From NCBI GenBank assembly GCA_902793695.1, contig CADBEI010000007.1:804-64803 (forward strand): DNA of 64,000 bases, given 5' to 3'. The notes beneath the pieces are model-generated. The model was given only the letters and a program-made list of their open reading frames with translations. It was not told the DNA's origin and did no database searches. Both the position numbers and the translations under genes were made by a program. Source of the DNA: an uncultured Pseudomonadota bacterium (GTDB lineage Bacteria > Pseudomonadota > Alphaproteobacteria > RF32 > CAG-239). Positions 45,276 to 55,741 of this stretch are shown one piece after another (positions within the stretch are counted from its first letter, which is position 1; each line of letters starts with the position of its first letter).

Positions 45276-48017
45276 ATGAAGTCGGGTACACACGAAAATA
45301 AAAAATCTGAATCATGGTTCAAACGGATATTTTGCAATCTGACGGGAACGGCTCTGATTATTCTGCCGTTGGCGATTTTGGCGGCGATTTTTGATTACAG
45401 TGCCGATGATCCCTCGCTCAACAAAGTTGTATCCGACGAGCGACCGCTGCAAAATTTTTTGGGTTTGTTCGGAGCATACAGCGCCGATTTTGTATTAAGC
45501 ACATTCGGTTTGGCACTGATAGTGTTTCTTATTGTGCCGATTTTCTGGGGTTTGAGTTTGCTTTTTCAGCGTGAGATTATCGAATGGAAAATGCGCTTAT
45601 TTGCGTGGTTTGTCGGAATTATCAGTTTTGCCGGTTTTATTGATTTAACCTGTCGCAACTATCTGGGACGTTTCAATCTGCCTTATAATTTAACCGGCGA
45701 ATGGTCGCGCCATTTAAGCACTTCACTGAATAATTACGCCAATTATCTGACATTATTGAAGCCCCCGTATAACAAGATAATATTGTTGATTTTACTGTTT
45801 TTCATCAGCTTAATGGCTTTCAATTTTGCAGCCGGAATAACTTTTAAATTTTGGTTGCGACTATTTTCAAAGATTATGGCATTCGGCGGCAAAATTATGC
45901 ACTTGGCGATTAAACTTTTCAAAAAGGTCGCCCACGTTCGCAGTTTTAACGAATTTAAAGAGATTAATCCGAGTTATATGCGCGCCAAAATGCAGAATAA
46001 ACTGGCAACACTTAATCAGCGGCGCGAGCCTGCTTTTGAGCGGATTGAGCCGACTATGAACAGCCAAACGTTGAACACTTCCACCGCCTTGTCAACATTC
46101 TCCGAAAAACCGGCTCAAAACATAACTCCAAACGGTCCGAAAATCGTAATGCCGCAAGCGGTATCTGTCCAACCGCCGGCGCAGGCCGTAACCGCTCAAT
46201 CAGCGACACCTCTCGCACCGGCGGAAACACCTAAAACTTCTTCGGTAAATCCGACTTTTGATTTTATTAACGAGCCGCAGGTTATGCAGAAAAAACCGGT
46301 CGCTAAAATTTCGCCGGAAGACATTTATCATACCGAAGGTGCCAAACAAACAGCTCCGAAAGCCGCGGCTCGCCAATCCGTCGCCGTACAGGAAGAACTC
46401 TTAAATGTTCCGACAACCGCGCCGGCGCCGACCAAGCAACAGCCGCAAGAACAGCGTACGGCAACCGCTTCTGCGCATGTCATCGTACCGCAAACGGAAA
46501 CAGCCTCTCGTCCGCAATCCGAAGCGCACGAATACACCTTGCCGGATATTAACTTGCTCTCTGTTCCTAAAGATACGGGGGCGATTACGGTTGATGAAAA
46601 TGCTCTCAAAGAGCGCGCCGCCAAGTTGGAACAGGTGTTAAACGATTTCAACATTCACGGTCAGATTGTGGCGGTTCGTCCGGGGCCGGTCGTAACTTTG
46701 TATGAGCTGGAACCGAAAGCAGGTACCCGTACCGCGCGTGTTATCGGACTTTCCGACGATATTGCCCGATCCATGGCCGTATCTTCGGTGCGTATGGCGG
46801 TCGTTGCCGGCCACAGTACCATCGGTATTGAATTGCCTAATGAAAAACGACAAACCGTATGGATACGCGAATTGTTTGAAGATAATGAATTTGTAACCAG
46901 CAAAAACATTTTGAACGTTGCTCTGGGTAAAGATATCGGCGGGCAACACGTTTACGCCGATTTATCCAAAATGCCGCACTTATTGGTTGCCGGTACTACC
47001 GGTTCCGGTAAATCCGTCGGTGTGAACACTATGATTTTATCGCTTTTATATCGGATGACACCGGAACAATGCCGTTTTATTATGATTGACCCGAAACAAC
47101 TTGAGTTTTCCATGTATAACGGCATTCCGCATTTACTGACTCCGGTGATTACCGATCCGGCCAAAGCGGTTGTCGGGCTCAAATGGGCAGTACAGGAAAT
47201 GGAAAATCGCTATCGTCAGATGGCTCTGCTGAATGTCCGCAATATTGCCGGCTATAACAAGAAAATCGAAGAAATGCAAAAAACCGGCAAAGGGTTGAAA
47301 AAGACCATTCAAACCGGTTTTGATAAGGAAACCGGACAGCCGATTTACGAGGAACAAATCATCGACACTTCGCCGATGCCGTATATCGTGATTGTGGTGG
47401 ATGAAATGGCCGATTTAATGCTGGTTGCCGGCAAAGAAGTAGAAGCTGCGATTCAGCGCTTGGCACAAATGGCGCGTGCTGCCGGTATTCACTTGATTAT
47501 GTCGACACAACGCCCGTCGGTTGACGTTATTACCGGTGTAATTAAATCTAACTTCCCGAGCCGTATCAGTTTCCACGTAACGACTAAAATCGACAGCGGC
47601 ACCATTTTGGGCGAAAAAGGTGCCGAACAGCTACTCGGCATGGGCGATATGTTGTTTATGTCATCTGGTTCTCGTCCGGTACGTGTTCACGGCTGTTTTG
47701 TTGCCGATGAAGAAGTCGAGCGCGTGGTTGAATTCATTAAAGCACAGGGTGAGCCGCAATATGTGGCTGAAGTTACCGCCGGCGAGTTGGAAAGTAAGGA
47801 TTCCGGTCCGGTGTTTGATAAAGGCGATTTCGGTGGTGGAAATGATGAAGAAGATTTATATCGGCAGGCGGTTGAAATTGTCCGCACCGATAAAAAAGCT
47901 TCCACCAGCTATGTTCAGCGCAAATTGTCAGTAAACAAGACCACGTCGGCCGCCGCGAAGTTTTGGGCGTGGATTAATATTCCGATTTTCACAAAAACAC
48001 TTGACTTTTGTCCATGA
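45276..48017 (+). CDS. ftsK: DNA translocase FtsK (gamma domain apparently truncated)
   Basis: The protein has N-terminal TM helices, a Pro/Ala/Gln linker, and a motor with GTTGSGKS and VVDEMADLM. The C-terminus ends [13 protein letters not shown] plus 28 unrelated residues, without the expected RIGYNRAARxI helix. Confidence 0.9.
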   Translation: MKSGTHENKKSESWFKRIFCNLTGTALIILPLAILAAIFDYSADDPSLNKVVSDERPLQNFLGLFGAYSADFVLSTFGLALIVFLIVPIFWGLSLLFQREIIEWKMRLFAWFVGIISFAGFIDLTCRNYLGRFNLPYNLTGEWSRHLSTSLNNYANYLTLLKPPYNKIILLILLFFISLMAFNFAAGITFKFWLRLFSKIMAFGGKIMHLAIKLFKKVAHVRSFNEFKEINPSYMRAKMQNKLATLNQRREPAFERIEPTMNSQTLNTSTALSTFSEKPAQNITPNGPKIVMPQAVSVQPPAQAVTAQSATPLAPAETPKTSSVNPTFDFINEPQVMQKKPVAKISPEDIYHTEGAKQTAPKAAARQSVAVQEELLNVPTTAPAPTKQQPQEQRTATASAHVIVPQTETASRPQSEAHEYTLPDINLLSVPKDTGAITVDENALKERAAKLEQVLNDFNIHGQIVAVRPGPVVTLYELEPKAGTRTARVIGLSDDIARSMAVSSVRMAVVAGHSTIGIELPNEKRQTVWIRELFEDNEFVTSKNILNVALGKDIGGQHVYADLSKMPHLLVAGTTGSGKSVGVNTMILSLLYRMTPEQCRFIMIDPKQLEFSMYNGIPHLLTPVITDPAKAVVGLKWAVQEMENRYRQMALLNVRNIAGYNKKIEEMQKTGKGLKKTIQTGFDKETGQPIYEEQIIDTSPMPYIVIVVDEMADLMLVAGKEVEAAIQRLAQMARAAGIHLIMSTQRPSVDVITGVIKSNFPSRISFHVTTKIDSGTILGEKGAEQLLGMGDMLFMSSGSRPVRVHGCFVADEEVERVVEFIKAQGEPQYVAEVTAGELESKDSGPVFDKGDFGGGNDEEDLYRQAVEIVRTDKKASTSYVQRKLSVNKTTSAAAKFWAWINIPIFTKTLDFCP

Positions 48018-48029
48018 AAAGGGCAATAT
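48001..48029 (+). promoter_or_regulatory. Sigma70-like promoter candidate for the downstream orphan gene
   Basis: TTGACT, a 17-nt spacer and CAATAT lie inside the last codons of ftsK. Confidence 0.3.
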
Positions 48030-48084
48030 GAAACTATAACTAACGATTCTTTATATGAGATAACTTAAACAAGGAGAAGTTAAT

Positions 48085-49017
48085 ATGAGTGAAATTTCCG
48101 TTTTTGATTTGGCCCTAGTTATGTCTGAAATTAATATTGACGGCAGAGAAGAAGCCCAAAAAAATATTCAAAATATGTTCGCTGAAAACAAAAATTACAA
48201 ATATGATGATAAAAAAACATTAAAAGAAAACATTATAGATGCTTTCCCTCAATATAATCTTAAAGATTATGCCGACTATTGTTTGTCTTCATATAGAACC
48301 TTTACAAACCTTGACATGGATTGGAACAATAAAGAAGATGTGAAAACTTATAAATCCAGTTGTCTGGCTCATCTGGATATGTACAAATTACCTGAAAAAA
48401 TAAATCCTTCGGATAAAGATAATCCATATCAGAAAAAAATTGAGATTACTTTGCCTGAATTGCTTTCCGTTATGACTGGAAAAGTTATCGAAAATGTTTT
48501 TTATCGTGGTGCTCATGATAAAGTTACTGATATGTTGTATATAACAGATATTAAATTAAAAGGACAAACATTGCGTGAAAAAATTACGGAATTATTTCCT
48601 GAATTTCCTTTGGAAAAGTTTGCACAAGAATTTGAACGTTCCTTCGAAGCAGCAAAGTTGATGGGACTGGACGAACGCAAAGGTTTTACTGTTGATGCTG
48701 TTAATGTATTGGCTAAGGGGTACAATTTTCCGAAGACGTTTGTTGTTACAGAAAAACAATCCGAGCAAGAGAAATTTGAACAACAAAAAGCAGATGGCCT
48801 TGCGAGAATTGAAAAGAATAAAAAAGTACTTGCAGAAACAAAAGCTTCTTCTAAAGAAGCTACACCTGAAGCAAAAGCTTCTTCTAAAGAAGCTACACCT
48901 GAAGCAAAAGTTTCTTCTCAAGACAACAAAGCGTCAGAGCATACAAACGCTACATTCCATGTAATCACAGGTCGTAATCATCCTTGGGACTGGAGGGATG
49001 AAAAACATTTCAGATGA
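48085..49017 (+). CDS. Hypothetical protein (310 aa) with C-terminal 11-aa tandem repeat
   Basis: aaggag RBS. KASSKEATPEA x2 is encoded by a perfect 33-nt tandem duplication at 48841..48906. The gene is AT-rich. Confidence 0.5.
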   Translation: MSEISVFDLALVMSEINIDGREEAQKNIQNMFAENKNYKYDDKKTLKENIIDAFPQYNLKDYADYCLSSYRTFTNLDMDWNNKEDVKTYKSSCLAHLDMYKLPEKINPSDKDNPYQKKIEITLPELLSVMTGKVIENVFYRGAHDKVTDMLYITDIKLKGQTLREKITELFPEFPLEKFAQEFERSFEAAKLMGLDERKGFTVDAVNVLAKGYNFPKTFVVTEKQSEQEKFEQQKADGLARIEKNKKVLAETKASSKEATPEAKASSKEATPEAKVSSQDNKASEHTNATFHVITGRNHPWDWRDEKHFR

Positions 49018-49060
49018 TTAATCCGAAACAAGCTAACCATATTGCACCATTTACACAAAA

Positions 49061-49088
49061 ACCGCCGGTTCACGCCGGCGGTTATTTG
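49061..49088 (+). terminator. Terminator hairpin
   Basis: ACCGCCGGttcacgCCGGCGGT followed by TATTT. Confidence 0.5.
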
Positions 49089-49111
49089 CTTTGCAGAAAA
49101 CTCTAAAAAAG

Positions 49112-49206
49112 CTCATAGAATTAGGCTAATAGAAAAAGGTTTTTTCCCGCGGTGTACAAAGTAGTACATAAGGGAAAAAACCTTTGATAGTAGCCAATTA
49201 TATGAG
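49112..49206. repeat. Long-hairpin element locus D: single complete 95-nt copy
   Basis: ctcatagaattaggctaatag-AAAAAGGTTTTTTCCC-gcgGTGTACaaagtaGTACAtaa-GGGAAAAAACCTTTg-atagtagccaattatatgag. It ends 6 nt from the rpsD stop. Confidence 0.85.
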
Positions 49207-49212
49207 TTTTTA

Positions 49213-49827
49213 CTATCTGGAGTAGTATTCGATAACCAAATTCGGCTCCATAACTGCAGCGTACGGAACATCTTCAAACTTCGGTACAAAAGTATATGTA
49301 GCCTTCAGTTTTTTGGTATCAACTTCCAAATAAGTCGGGCATTCGCGAGTTTGCGATTCGATAGCATTCAAAACAATGTTCAAATTTTTAGACTTTTCGC
49401 GAACTTCGATAACATCACCGGCCTTAACCATATAAGACGGAATGTTTACCTTTTTGCCGTTAACGGTAACGTGACCGTGGTTAACAAATTGACGAGCCGC
49501 AAATACGGTCGGCACAAATTTTGCTTTATAAACCAAGTTATCCAAACGGGATTCGAGCAAACCGATTAAGTTTTCGGCGGCATCGCCCGAACGACGAATA
49601 GCTTCGGCATAATATTTACCGAATTGTTTTTCGGAAATATTACCATAGTAAACTTTCATCTTTTGCTTGGCAATCAATTGTTGACCATAGTCGGTAACTT
49701 TTGCTTTTCTCTGACCGTGTTGACCAGGGCGATAGCTTCTTTTGTTAAACGGGCTGTTGTTATCACCCCAAAGATTGTCGCCGTAACTACGGCTGAGTTT
49801 TTTCTTTGCAGAAACGATACTTTTCAT
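49213..49827 (-). CDS. rpsD: 30S ribosomal protein S4
   Basis: The sequence matches full-length S4 (..YGNISEKQF..., S4 domain [14 protein letters not shown]). Confidence 0.95.
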   Translation of the reverse strand: MKSIVSAKKKLSRSYGDNLWGDNNSPFNKRSYRPGQHGQRKAKVTDYGQQLIAKQKMKVYYGNISEKQFGKYYAEAIRRSGDAAENLIGLLESRLDNLVYKAKFVPTVFAARQFVNHGHVTVNGKKVNIPSYMVKAGDVIEVREKSKNLNIVLNAIESQTRECPTYLEVDTKKLKATYTFVPKFEDVPYAAVMEPNLVIEYYSR

Positions 49828-50032
49828 TAAATTTATCCTTTTTTTGTTTGTTTACATTATTGTCCCGATAGTTGCAAACCTGAATTTACAACGAGATTCC
49901 CTTATTTAAAGACAATCTGCCTTCTCGGAAGTGAAGGTAACGTACACTATTTTTACACATTTTTCAAGCAAAAAATATAAATAGCGTTGGATTTTTCGCT
50001 TAAAGATAATACAGTAAAGCCATGTGAGGAAA

Positions 50033-51760
50033 ATGTCATACCAATTAATGTTTCAAAAAGCGGTTGAGTTGCAGCAAAACGGTGCCTTAAACGAGGCCGA
50101 ACAAATTTATCGGCAAATTCTCGAAACCGCACCGAACAATGCCGATGTGCTGAATCTTTTGGGCTTGATTGCGCAAACTCGCGGCATTCACGGCGAGGCC
50201 GTCAACTACTTTTATAAGGCAATAGAAAATGCCCCGCAACATTGGCCGATATTTTTTAACTTAGCCGTTTCGCTCGGGGCTTTGGGCAAGTTTTTGGAGG
50301 CAACCGAAGCTTATCAGAAAGTGCTCACACTCAAACCCGATTGCAAAGAAGCGCATTTCGGACTCGGTAACCTTTATTGGGCGCAAAATAATCTCGATGC
50401 CGCCAAAGAGCAATTTTCCGCCGCGCTTAAAATAGATGCCGACTATCTCGAAGCAGCCACTAATTTGGCGGAAATCAGCGATGATACGGATTCGCTCGAA
50501 AAATTGTCTACCGACAATCCGCAAGCACTTTATTATCTCGGCCGCCGCGCTTTTAATGCCCGAAATTTTGCCGCTGCCGCCGCATATTTAAGCAAAGCCG
50601 ACACACTTTCCGCCGACGACGAAATCAAGTCAATGCTTGGCGAATCAGAACTGGCGCTCGGTCATAAAGAACAAGCACAAAAACTGTTCTATCAGGCATT
50701 AAGCATTAACCCGCATAATCTCTCGGCTCTGATGAATTTGGCCGATATGGAGGCCGATTCGCACAACTTCAAAGAGGCGGAAAAATTTTATAAACGCGGC
50801 ATTGAACTCGCACCGGACAACTTGCGCCTGCACACCAATTATGCCGAAATGCTGTGTCGCAATAAGCGCACGCTCGAGGGCTTGGAAGAATACCGGCAAG
50901 CGGTTATTTTATCTCCGCAAACACCGGAATTGAGCTATAATTTATCGCTTATTTTGAAAAGTTTGGAAGAATACGAGCAAGCGCTTGATTTAATGTTTCA
51001 CGCTTTTTATCTGGCGCCGGAACATACCGATTGGAGCCTCAATATTGCCGAAACATTGGTACTGTTCAATGAACAGGCGCCGGAAAAAGCACGCAAAATC
51101 TGTGAAAACTGGTATCAAAAAATGCCGGAAAACATTATTGTTCAACACTTGTGGTCAGCCATCAATCATCAAACCGCCGCCAACGAAAAAGAATATAATG
51201 AACTTCTTTTTGATAACTTTGCCGCCACTTATGAGCAAACGCTTAAAAACATTCAATACTCGGTGGTTGATAAGATTGCCGAGCTGTATGCGCCGTTTAA
51301 GGGTAAAATTCTCGATTTGGGTTGCGGTACCGGCTTGGCGGCACAAAAGCTTAAAGCCGAGCAAAATGAATTTGTCGGCGTAGATATATCGGCCAAAATG
51401 CTCGATTTGGCACGCCGAAAAAATATTTATTCCGAGCTGAAACAGGCTGATATTACAGAATATTTGCACAATTCGCATCCGGATTTTGACTGCATAATTG
51501 CCGCCGACGTATTTTGCTATTTCGGCGATTTGCGTCCGCTTATTGCTTCCGCCGCCCCTACTCGCTTGATTTTTTCGGTAGAAACCGACAATGCCTCCGA
51601 AAAATACACAGTTCAAGCCAACGGACGTTATAAGCACAACCCGCAATATATCGAGTTGCTGTTGCACAATTCCGGCTATACCGAGGTTACGCAGACAGAG
51701 CTTGTTTTGCGCCGCGAAAACGGCAAAGATGTTGTCGGCTGTATTTTTAATGCCGCATAA
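50033..51760 (+). CDS. TPR-repeat protein fused to C-terminal class I SAM-dependent methyltransferase
   Basis: The protein has multiple TPR-like repeats and the C-terminal motif ILDLGCGTGLAAQKL. ATG 50033 follows a GAGGA RBS. Confidence 0.7.
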   Translation: MSYQLMFQKAVELQQNGALNEAEQIYRQILETAPNNADVLNLLGLIAQTRGIHGEAVNYFYKAIENAPQHWPIFFNLAVSLGALGKFLEATEAYQKVLTLKPDCKEAHFGLGNLYWAQNNLDAAKEQFSAALKIDADYLEAATNLAEISDDTDSLEKLSTDNPQALYYLGRRAFNARNFAAAAAYLSKADTLSADDEIKSMLGESELALGHKEQAQKLFYQALSINPHNLSALMNLADMEADSHNFKEAEKFYKRGIELAPDNLRLHTNYAEMLCRNKRTLEGLEEYRQAVILSPQTPELSYNLSLILKSLEEYEQALDLMFHAFYLAPEHTDWSLNIAETLVLFNEQAPEKARKICENWYQKMPENIIVQHLWSAINHQTAANEKEYNELLFDNFAATYEQTLKNIQYSVVDKIAELYAPFKGKILDLGCGTGLAAQKLKAEQNEFVGVDISAKMLDLARRKNIYSELKQADITEYLHNSHPDFDCIIAADVFCYFGDLRPLIASAAPTRLIFSVETDNASEKYTVQANGRYKHNPQYIELLLHNSGYTEVTQTELVLRRENGKDVVGCIFNAA

Positions 51761-51856
51761 TTTTGACTTCGCACAAAAAAAGACGCCTCCGAAGAAGCGC
51801 CTTTTGTTTTGAGTTATAAACTCCGAATTATACCATACTGTTACCCTTCATATTTT

Positions 51857-54361
51857 TCAAAAAGGCGGCATACTCTTCGTCGGACCTACCGGCTCGGAAT
51901 TTTCAACAGCTTGTTTATCATGATTCATCCAACCTGCATCATTATCACCGGTCCATTCTCTGGTAGGACGAACTTTGTCAGTGACAACCGTACCATCATT
52001 GAAATGACCGTCAGGCTGTACAACCGGCTCCGGTTTTTCTACACCCTCGTAGATAACCGGCTCATCAGGGTCTACCGGCTCAGGAGCTGGTTTAGGATCA
52101 ATTACCTTCTTAACCGCAGATTTGATGTGTTCCCAATAGCTTACGTGAGCGCAGTTAACATCGCCTGCTTTATGCATCAAATCGGCAGTACCGACATAGC
52201 GGTTATTGGTCAGCTGATCTTCTCTGGCATCCAAGTCAGTACCGCCGTTGGTGATACGATCCAAAGTATTGCCAATGGCATCAGCCGAAACAGCCGGCTT
52301 TTCTTCACAGAAAATAATGTGGTTCAAAGCCTTGATTTCGGTAGCATTGATCCAATAATCCGGTTCACCGTTTACCATGGTGGATTGAATCAAACTACCG
52401 GATACATATTCACCTTTTTCACGCCAAGCAATGAGGTGCAGATATTTATACATAATCTCACCCACCGGCTTATCCGGCAAAGCACCGTTATCGATAGCTT
52501 TCTGAATATTGTCAGCCATCTTTTGAGTAACTTCTTCCATATTATCCGGATTTACATCCCAACCGTAGATTTTGGCATATTCGGCAGCCTGACCTTGAAC
52601 GTGAGTTTCAATCCATTTAGCCTGACCGGAAGAAATACCCTCTCTCCAATCGGCATGAGTAACTTCAACCGGAGGTTCAACTTGAGCATCGTTACCATTA
52701 TTGGCGGCAACCGGAGCATCATTCTGGTTATCTTGTGTCGCAACAAAATGGTTCGGATTATGGTCAACACCCATAGCGTTATCTGCCGCATGCATATCAT
52801 AAATGTTATGAGCCATCATGTACTCGGCCGCACCGGACATCAGCGCCGTTGCCACCAAAGAAGTACCGGCAACCTGCATACCTTTCTTGCTTTCAAGGGT
52901 ACCATCTTCTTTATATTGCTTTCTGGCATCTTTATATTGCAAGCCGCCGTTGGTCAAAGCACCGGCCACACGAATGGTCGAAGCCGCACCTCTTGCCGCA
53001 GTTGCCGTAGCCAAAGCGCCGATAGCAAACGGTGCCGCCATCGTAACCGCCAAGGCACTGCCCCAACCGGCCCAACGATTAACTTTCTGCTGTCTTTCAT
53101 ATCTGGCTTTTTCTTTCGGATTCGCCATAATTGCTTTATAAGCATTACGCATACCGACCTTACCGGTCCAAGCGGCGATTTCCTGTTCGTTACCGCTGGC
53201 CTTGGCAGCCTTCAGGTTTGCCTGTTTCTTTTCATAAACCGTCCACTTAGACGGAGCATACGATTGATAAATACCGTAAACCGCCGCCGCACCCAAAGCA
53301 ACCGGTACGGAAACTAACGTTGCACCGATCAAGCTGAGTGAAGCCACACCGTTGGTAATACCGCGGGCGGTAGAAAAGTAACCGATAAGATCCTTACCGT
53401 ATTCGGCCGGAGTTTTACCGCAATGCTTTTCAACAAAATTACTGAACGATTGCCATTTACGAGACAACCAAGAACCGGATTTTTCTTTGCCGTTTTCCTT
53501 CAACTGTTCGGCCTTAATCCGCATATGCTCTTTGGTACCTTCAATGCTGTTACGGATAATATTTGCATTAACCTTAACGTTTTTGCCGTCAACAAAATCT
53601 TTTTCATCATCACCGACCATTTGCATCAAATCGCCGTGGAAATTAGAAATGACGTCATCTTTCAATTGTTCTTTTTGTTCATCGTCATTTTTAGCGGCAA
53701 AACCGGCATCATCCATACGAGCCAACGAAACTTCATGCATTACGGCACGCATTTTGGTTAACCAGATTTCATCTTCGTTTTCAACGGTGAAACCTTCATC
53801 GTTTACAATAGAAACCTGCTTGCTGGCACCATTAATTTCGTTGGAATAAACGGCCTGCATTTCTTCACTGCCGAGAATACCGTCGATTTTTTGAGCATTG
53901 GCCAAAATAGCGTCATCATCCATACTCGGAGTCTGTTTTTGAACGGTTCCCTGCTTTTCCTGAATATGTTTCAGTTTATCGGTTTCGGCAATCATAGCCT
54001 CGATAGCATCACCTTTTTCCGGATTTTCTTTAACTTCCGGCAATTCTGCCAACATTTCCTTAGCGATATCGCGCAATTCCTTGCTTCTATTCGGACGATC
54101 CAAAAACTCGGCAATCTTTTGCAATTCAGCCGTGTCATTTTCCGCACGCGCTGCATCTGCACGATACAATGCGTTCAGTTCCTTCAATAACGGACGATCG
54201 TTGTCAAAATCCTTAATGGTTGCCAACACGGCATTGTCCGGATCATGCGCCTTCAAATATTTGATTGCGTCATCCAAACTTCTGTCGTAGGCATACGACT
54301 GAATAATTTTTTCTGCGTTTTTGATTTTCTCTTCAACCGCAGTATTTCTTGTGTTTGCCAT
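51857..54361 (-). CDS. Large hypothetical membrane protein (834 aa)
   Basis: This is the longest ORF at the locus, with a helical acidic N-half, central Gly/Ala-rich TM segments and a Pro-rich C-terminus. The opposite-strand 502-aa ORF is judged spurious. Confidence 0.6.
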   Translation of the reverse strand: MANTRNTAVEEKIKNAEKIIQSYAYDRSLDDAIKYLKAHDPDNAVLATIKDFDNDRPLLKELNALYRADAARAENDTAELQKIAEFLDRPNRSKELRDIAKEMLAELPEVKENPEKGDAIEAMIAETDKLKHIQEKQGTVQKQTPSMDDDAILANAQKIDGILGSEEMQAVYSNEINGASKQVSIVNDEGFTVENEDEIWLTKMRAVMHEVSLARMDDAGFAAKNDDEQKEQLKDDVISNFHGDLMQMVGDDEKDFVDGKNVKVNANIIRNSIEGTKEHMRIKAEQLKENGKEKSGSWLSRKWQSFSNFVEKHCGKTPAEYGKDLIGYFSTARGITNGVASLSLIGATLVSVPVALGAAAVYGIYQSYAPSKWTVYEKKQANLKAAKASGNEQEIAAWTGKVGMRNAYKAIMANPKEKARYERQQKVNRWAGWGSALAVTMAAPFAIGALATATAARGAASTIRVAGALTNGGLQYKDARKQYKEDGTLESKKGMQVAGTSLVATALMSGAAEYMMAHNIYDMHAADNAMGVDHNPNHFVATQDNQNDAPVAANNGNDAQVEPPVEVTHADWREGISSGQAKWIETHVQGQAAEYAKIYGWDVNPDNMEEVTQKMADNIQKAIDNGALPDKPVGEIMYKYLHLIAWREKGEYVSGSLIQSTMVNGEPDYWINATEIKALNHIIFCEEKPAVSADAIGNTLDRITNGGTDLDAREDQLTNNRYVGTADLMHKAGDVNCAHVSYWEHIKSAVKKVIDPKPAPEPVDPDEPVIYEGVEKPEPVVQPDGHFNDGTVVTDKVRPTREWTGDNDAGWMNHDKQAVENSEPVGPTKSMPPF

Positions 54362-54618
54362 TTTTTAAACTCCTTTAAGTGCATTTTTCGTCATTATATC
54401 TGCGTTGACTATACACCTATTTTTACTATTTTGCAACACTTTTTTGTCGAAAAATGCATTTTTTTTTGATTTTTTTTTCAAATATCTCGAAACAGCCTTA
54501 TTTTTAGGCATTTTGACAAATTGAAAAAAATCGTTTTTATGTTCTAAAATAAAAAAATCTTGCTTTATCGGCGCGAACATAATATAACTGCGACATTATA
54601 TTATATAGGGAAAAAGCG

Positions 54619-55701
54619 ATGAAAGTGGATTTATTTGATTTTGATTTGGATAAAGAACTGATTGCCAAGCAGCCGGCGAATCCGCGTGATTCGTCGCGAC
54701 TGTTGGATTTGTCGGAAGAAAATATCATTACTGACAGGCATTTTTACGATTTACCGCAGATTCTTAAAGCCGGTGACGTAATGGTGTTTAACGATACCAA
54801 AGTAATTCCGGCGCGGCTTTACGGTAAACGCGGCGAGGCCTTGGTTGAAGTAACTCTGTATCATCCCGATGACGGCATTCGTTGGTGGTCCTTCATCAAA
54901 AACTCCAAGCGCTTGCACGTCGGCGACACCATTTTCTTTTATAATGCCGACATAAGTGCCGAAGAATCAGATTTTTCCGCCGAAATTTTACAAAAAGACT
55001 CCGAGGACGGCGTGTTTATCAAATTCAACTGCGAACCTGATAAATTGGGCGCGATGCTTGAAAAATTCGGTTCTATGCCGTTACCGCCTTATATCAAACG
55101 CGACAAACCTTTGGCAGGTTTATGGAATCCGTATAACGACAAAGAAAACTATCAAACGGTTTACGCCAAATATGAAGGAGCGGTTGCTGCTCCCACTGCC
55201 GGCTTACATTTTACGGACCGTCTTTTGAAAGAAATTGATGATATGGGCGTTAAGCGCGTATTTTTAACTCTGCACGTCGGCGCCGGCACTTTTCTGCCGG
55301 TCAAAACCGAAGACACCGAAAATCACAAAATGCATGCCGAATACGGAGTTATCTCGCCGGAAACCGCCGACATCATCAATCAGGCCAAAAAAGAAGGACG
55401 TCGCATTATTGCCGTGGGTACAACTTCGGTGCGCCTTTTGGAAAGTGCCGCCGATGATAAAGGAATCCTGCATCCTTTCTGCGGTGAAACCGATATTTTC
55501 ATTACTCCGGGTTATAAATTTAAGATTCTGGATATGATTATCACCAATTTCCACCTGCCGAAATCAACTTTGTTTATGCTGATTTGTGCCATTGCCGGTA
55601 CCGAGCGGATGAAAGCGGCCTACGCTCACGCCATTGCCGAGCACTATCGTTTTTATTCGTACGGCGACAGCTCTATTTTAAAATGCATAAATAAAATTTA
55701 A
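54619..55701 (+). CDS. queA: S-adenosylmethionine:tRNA ribosyltransferase-isomerase
   Basis: FDFDLDKELIAKQPANPRDSSRLL..., MPLPPYIKR, TAGLHFT and AVGTTSVR are present. Confidence 0.9.
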   Translation: MKVDLFDFDLDKELIAKQPANPRDSSRLLDLSEENIITDRHFYDLPQILKAGDVMVFNDTKVIPARLYGKRGEALVEVTLYHPDDGIRWWSFIKNSKRLHVGDTIFFYNADISAEESDFSAEILQKDSEDGVFIKFNCEPDKLGAMLEKFGSMPLPPYIKRDKPLAGLWNPYNDKENYQTVYAKYEGAVAAPTAGLHFTDRLLKEIDDMGVKRVFLTLHVGAGTFLPVKTEDTENHKMHAEYGVISPETADIINQAKKEGRRIIAVGTTSVRLLESAADDKGILHPFCGETDIFITPGYKFKILDMIITNFHLPKSTLFMLICAIAGTERMKAAYAHAIAEHYRFYSYGDSSILKCINKI

Positions 55702-55741
55702 ACGCTTTTGTTTTATCCTTTTGCTCTAAAGGAGAGAACAA

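Noticed and set aside
51809-53317. 502-aa ORF on the plus strand, fully antisense to the 834-aa gene
   Set aside because: Its translation is Arg/Ile/Phe/Ser-rich and low-complexity with no motif. It mirrors the codon structure of the longer minus-strand ORF, whose sequence looks like a normal protein. I treat it as a shadow ORF.
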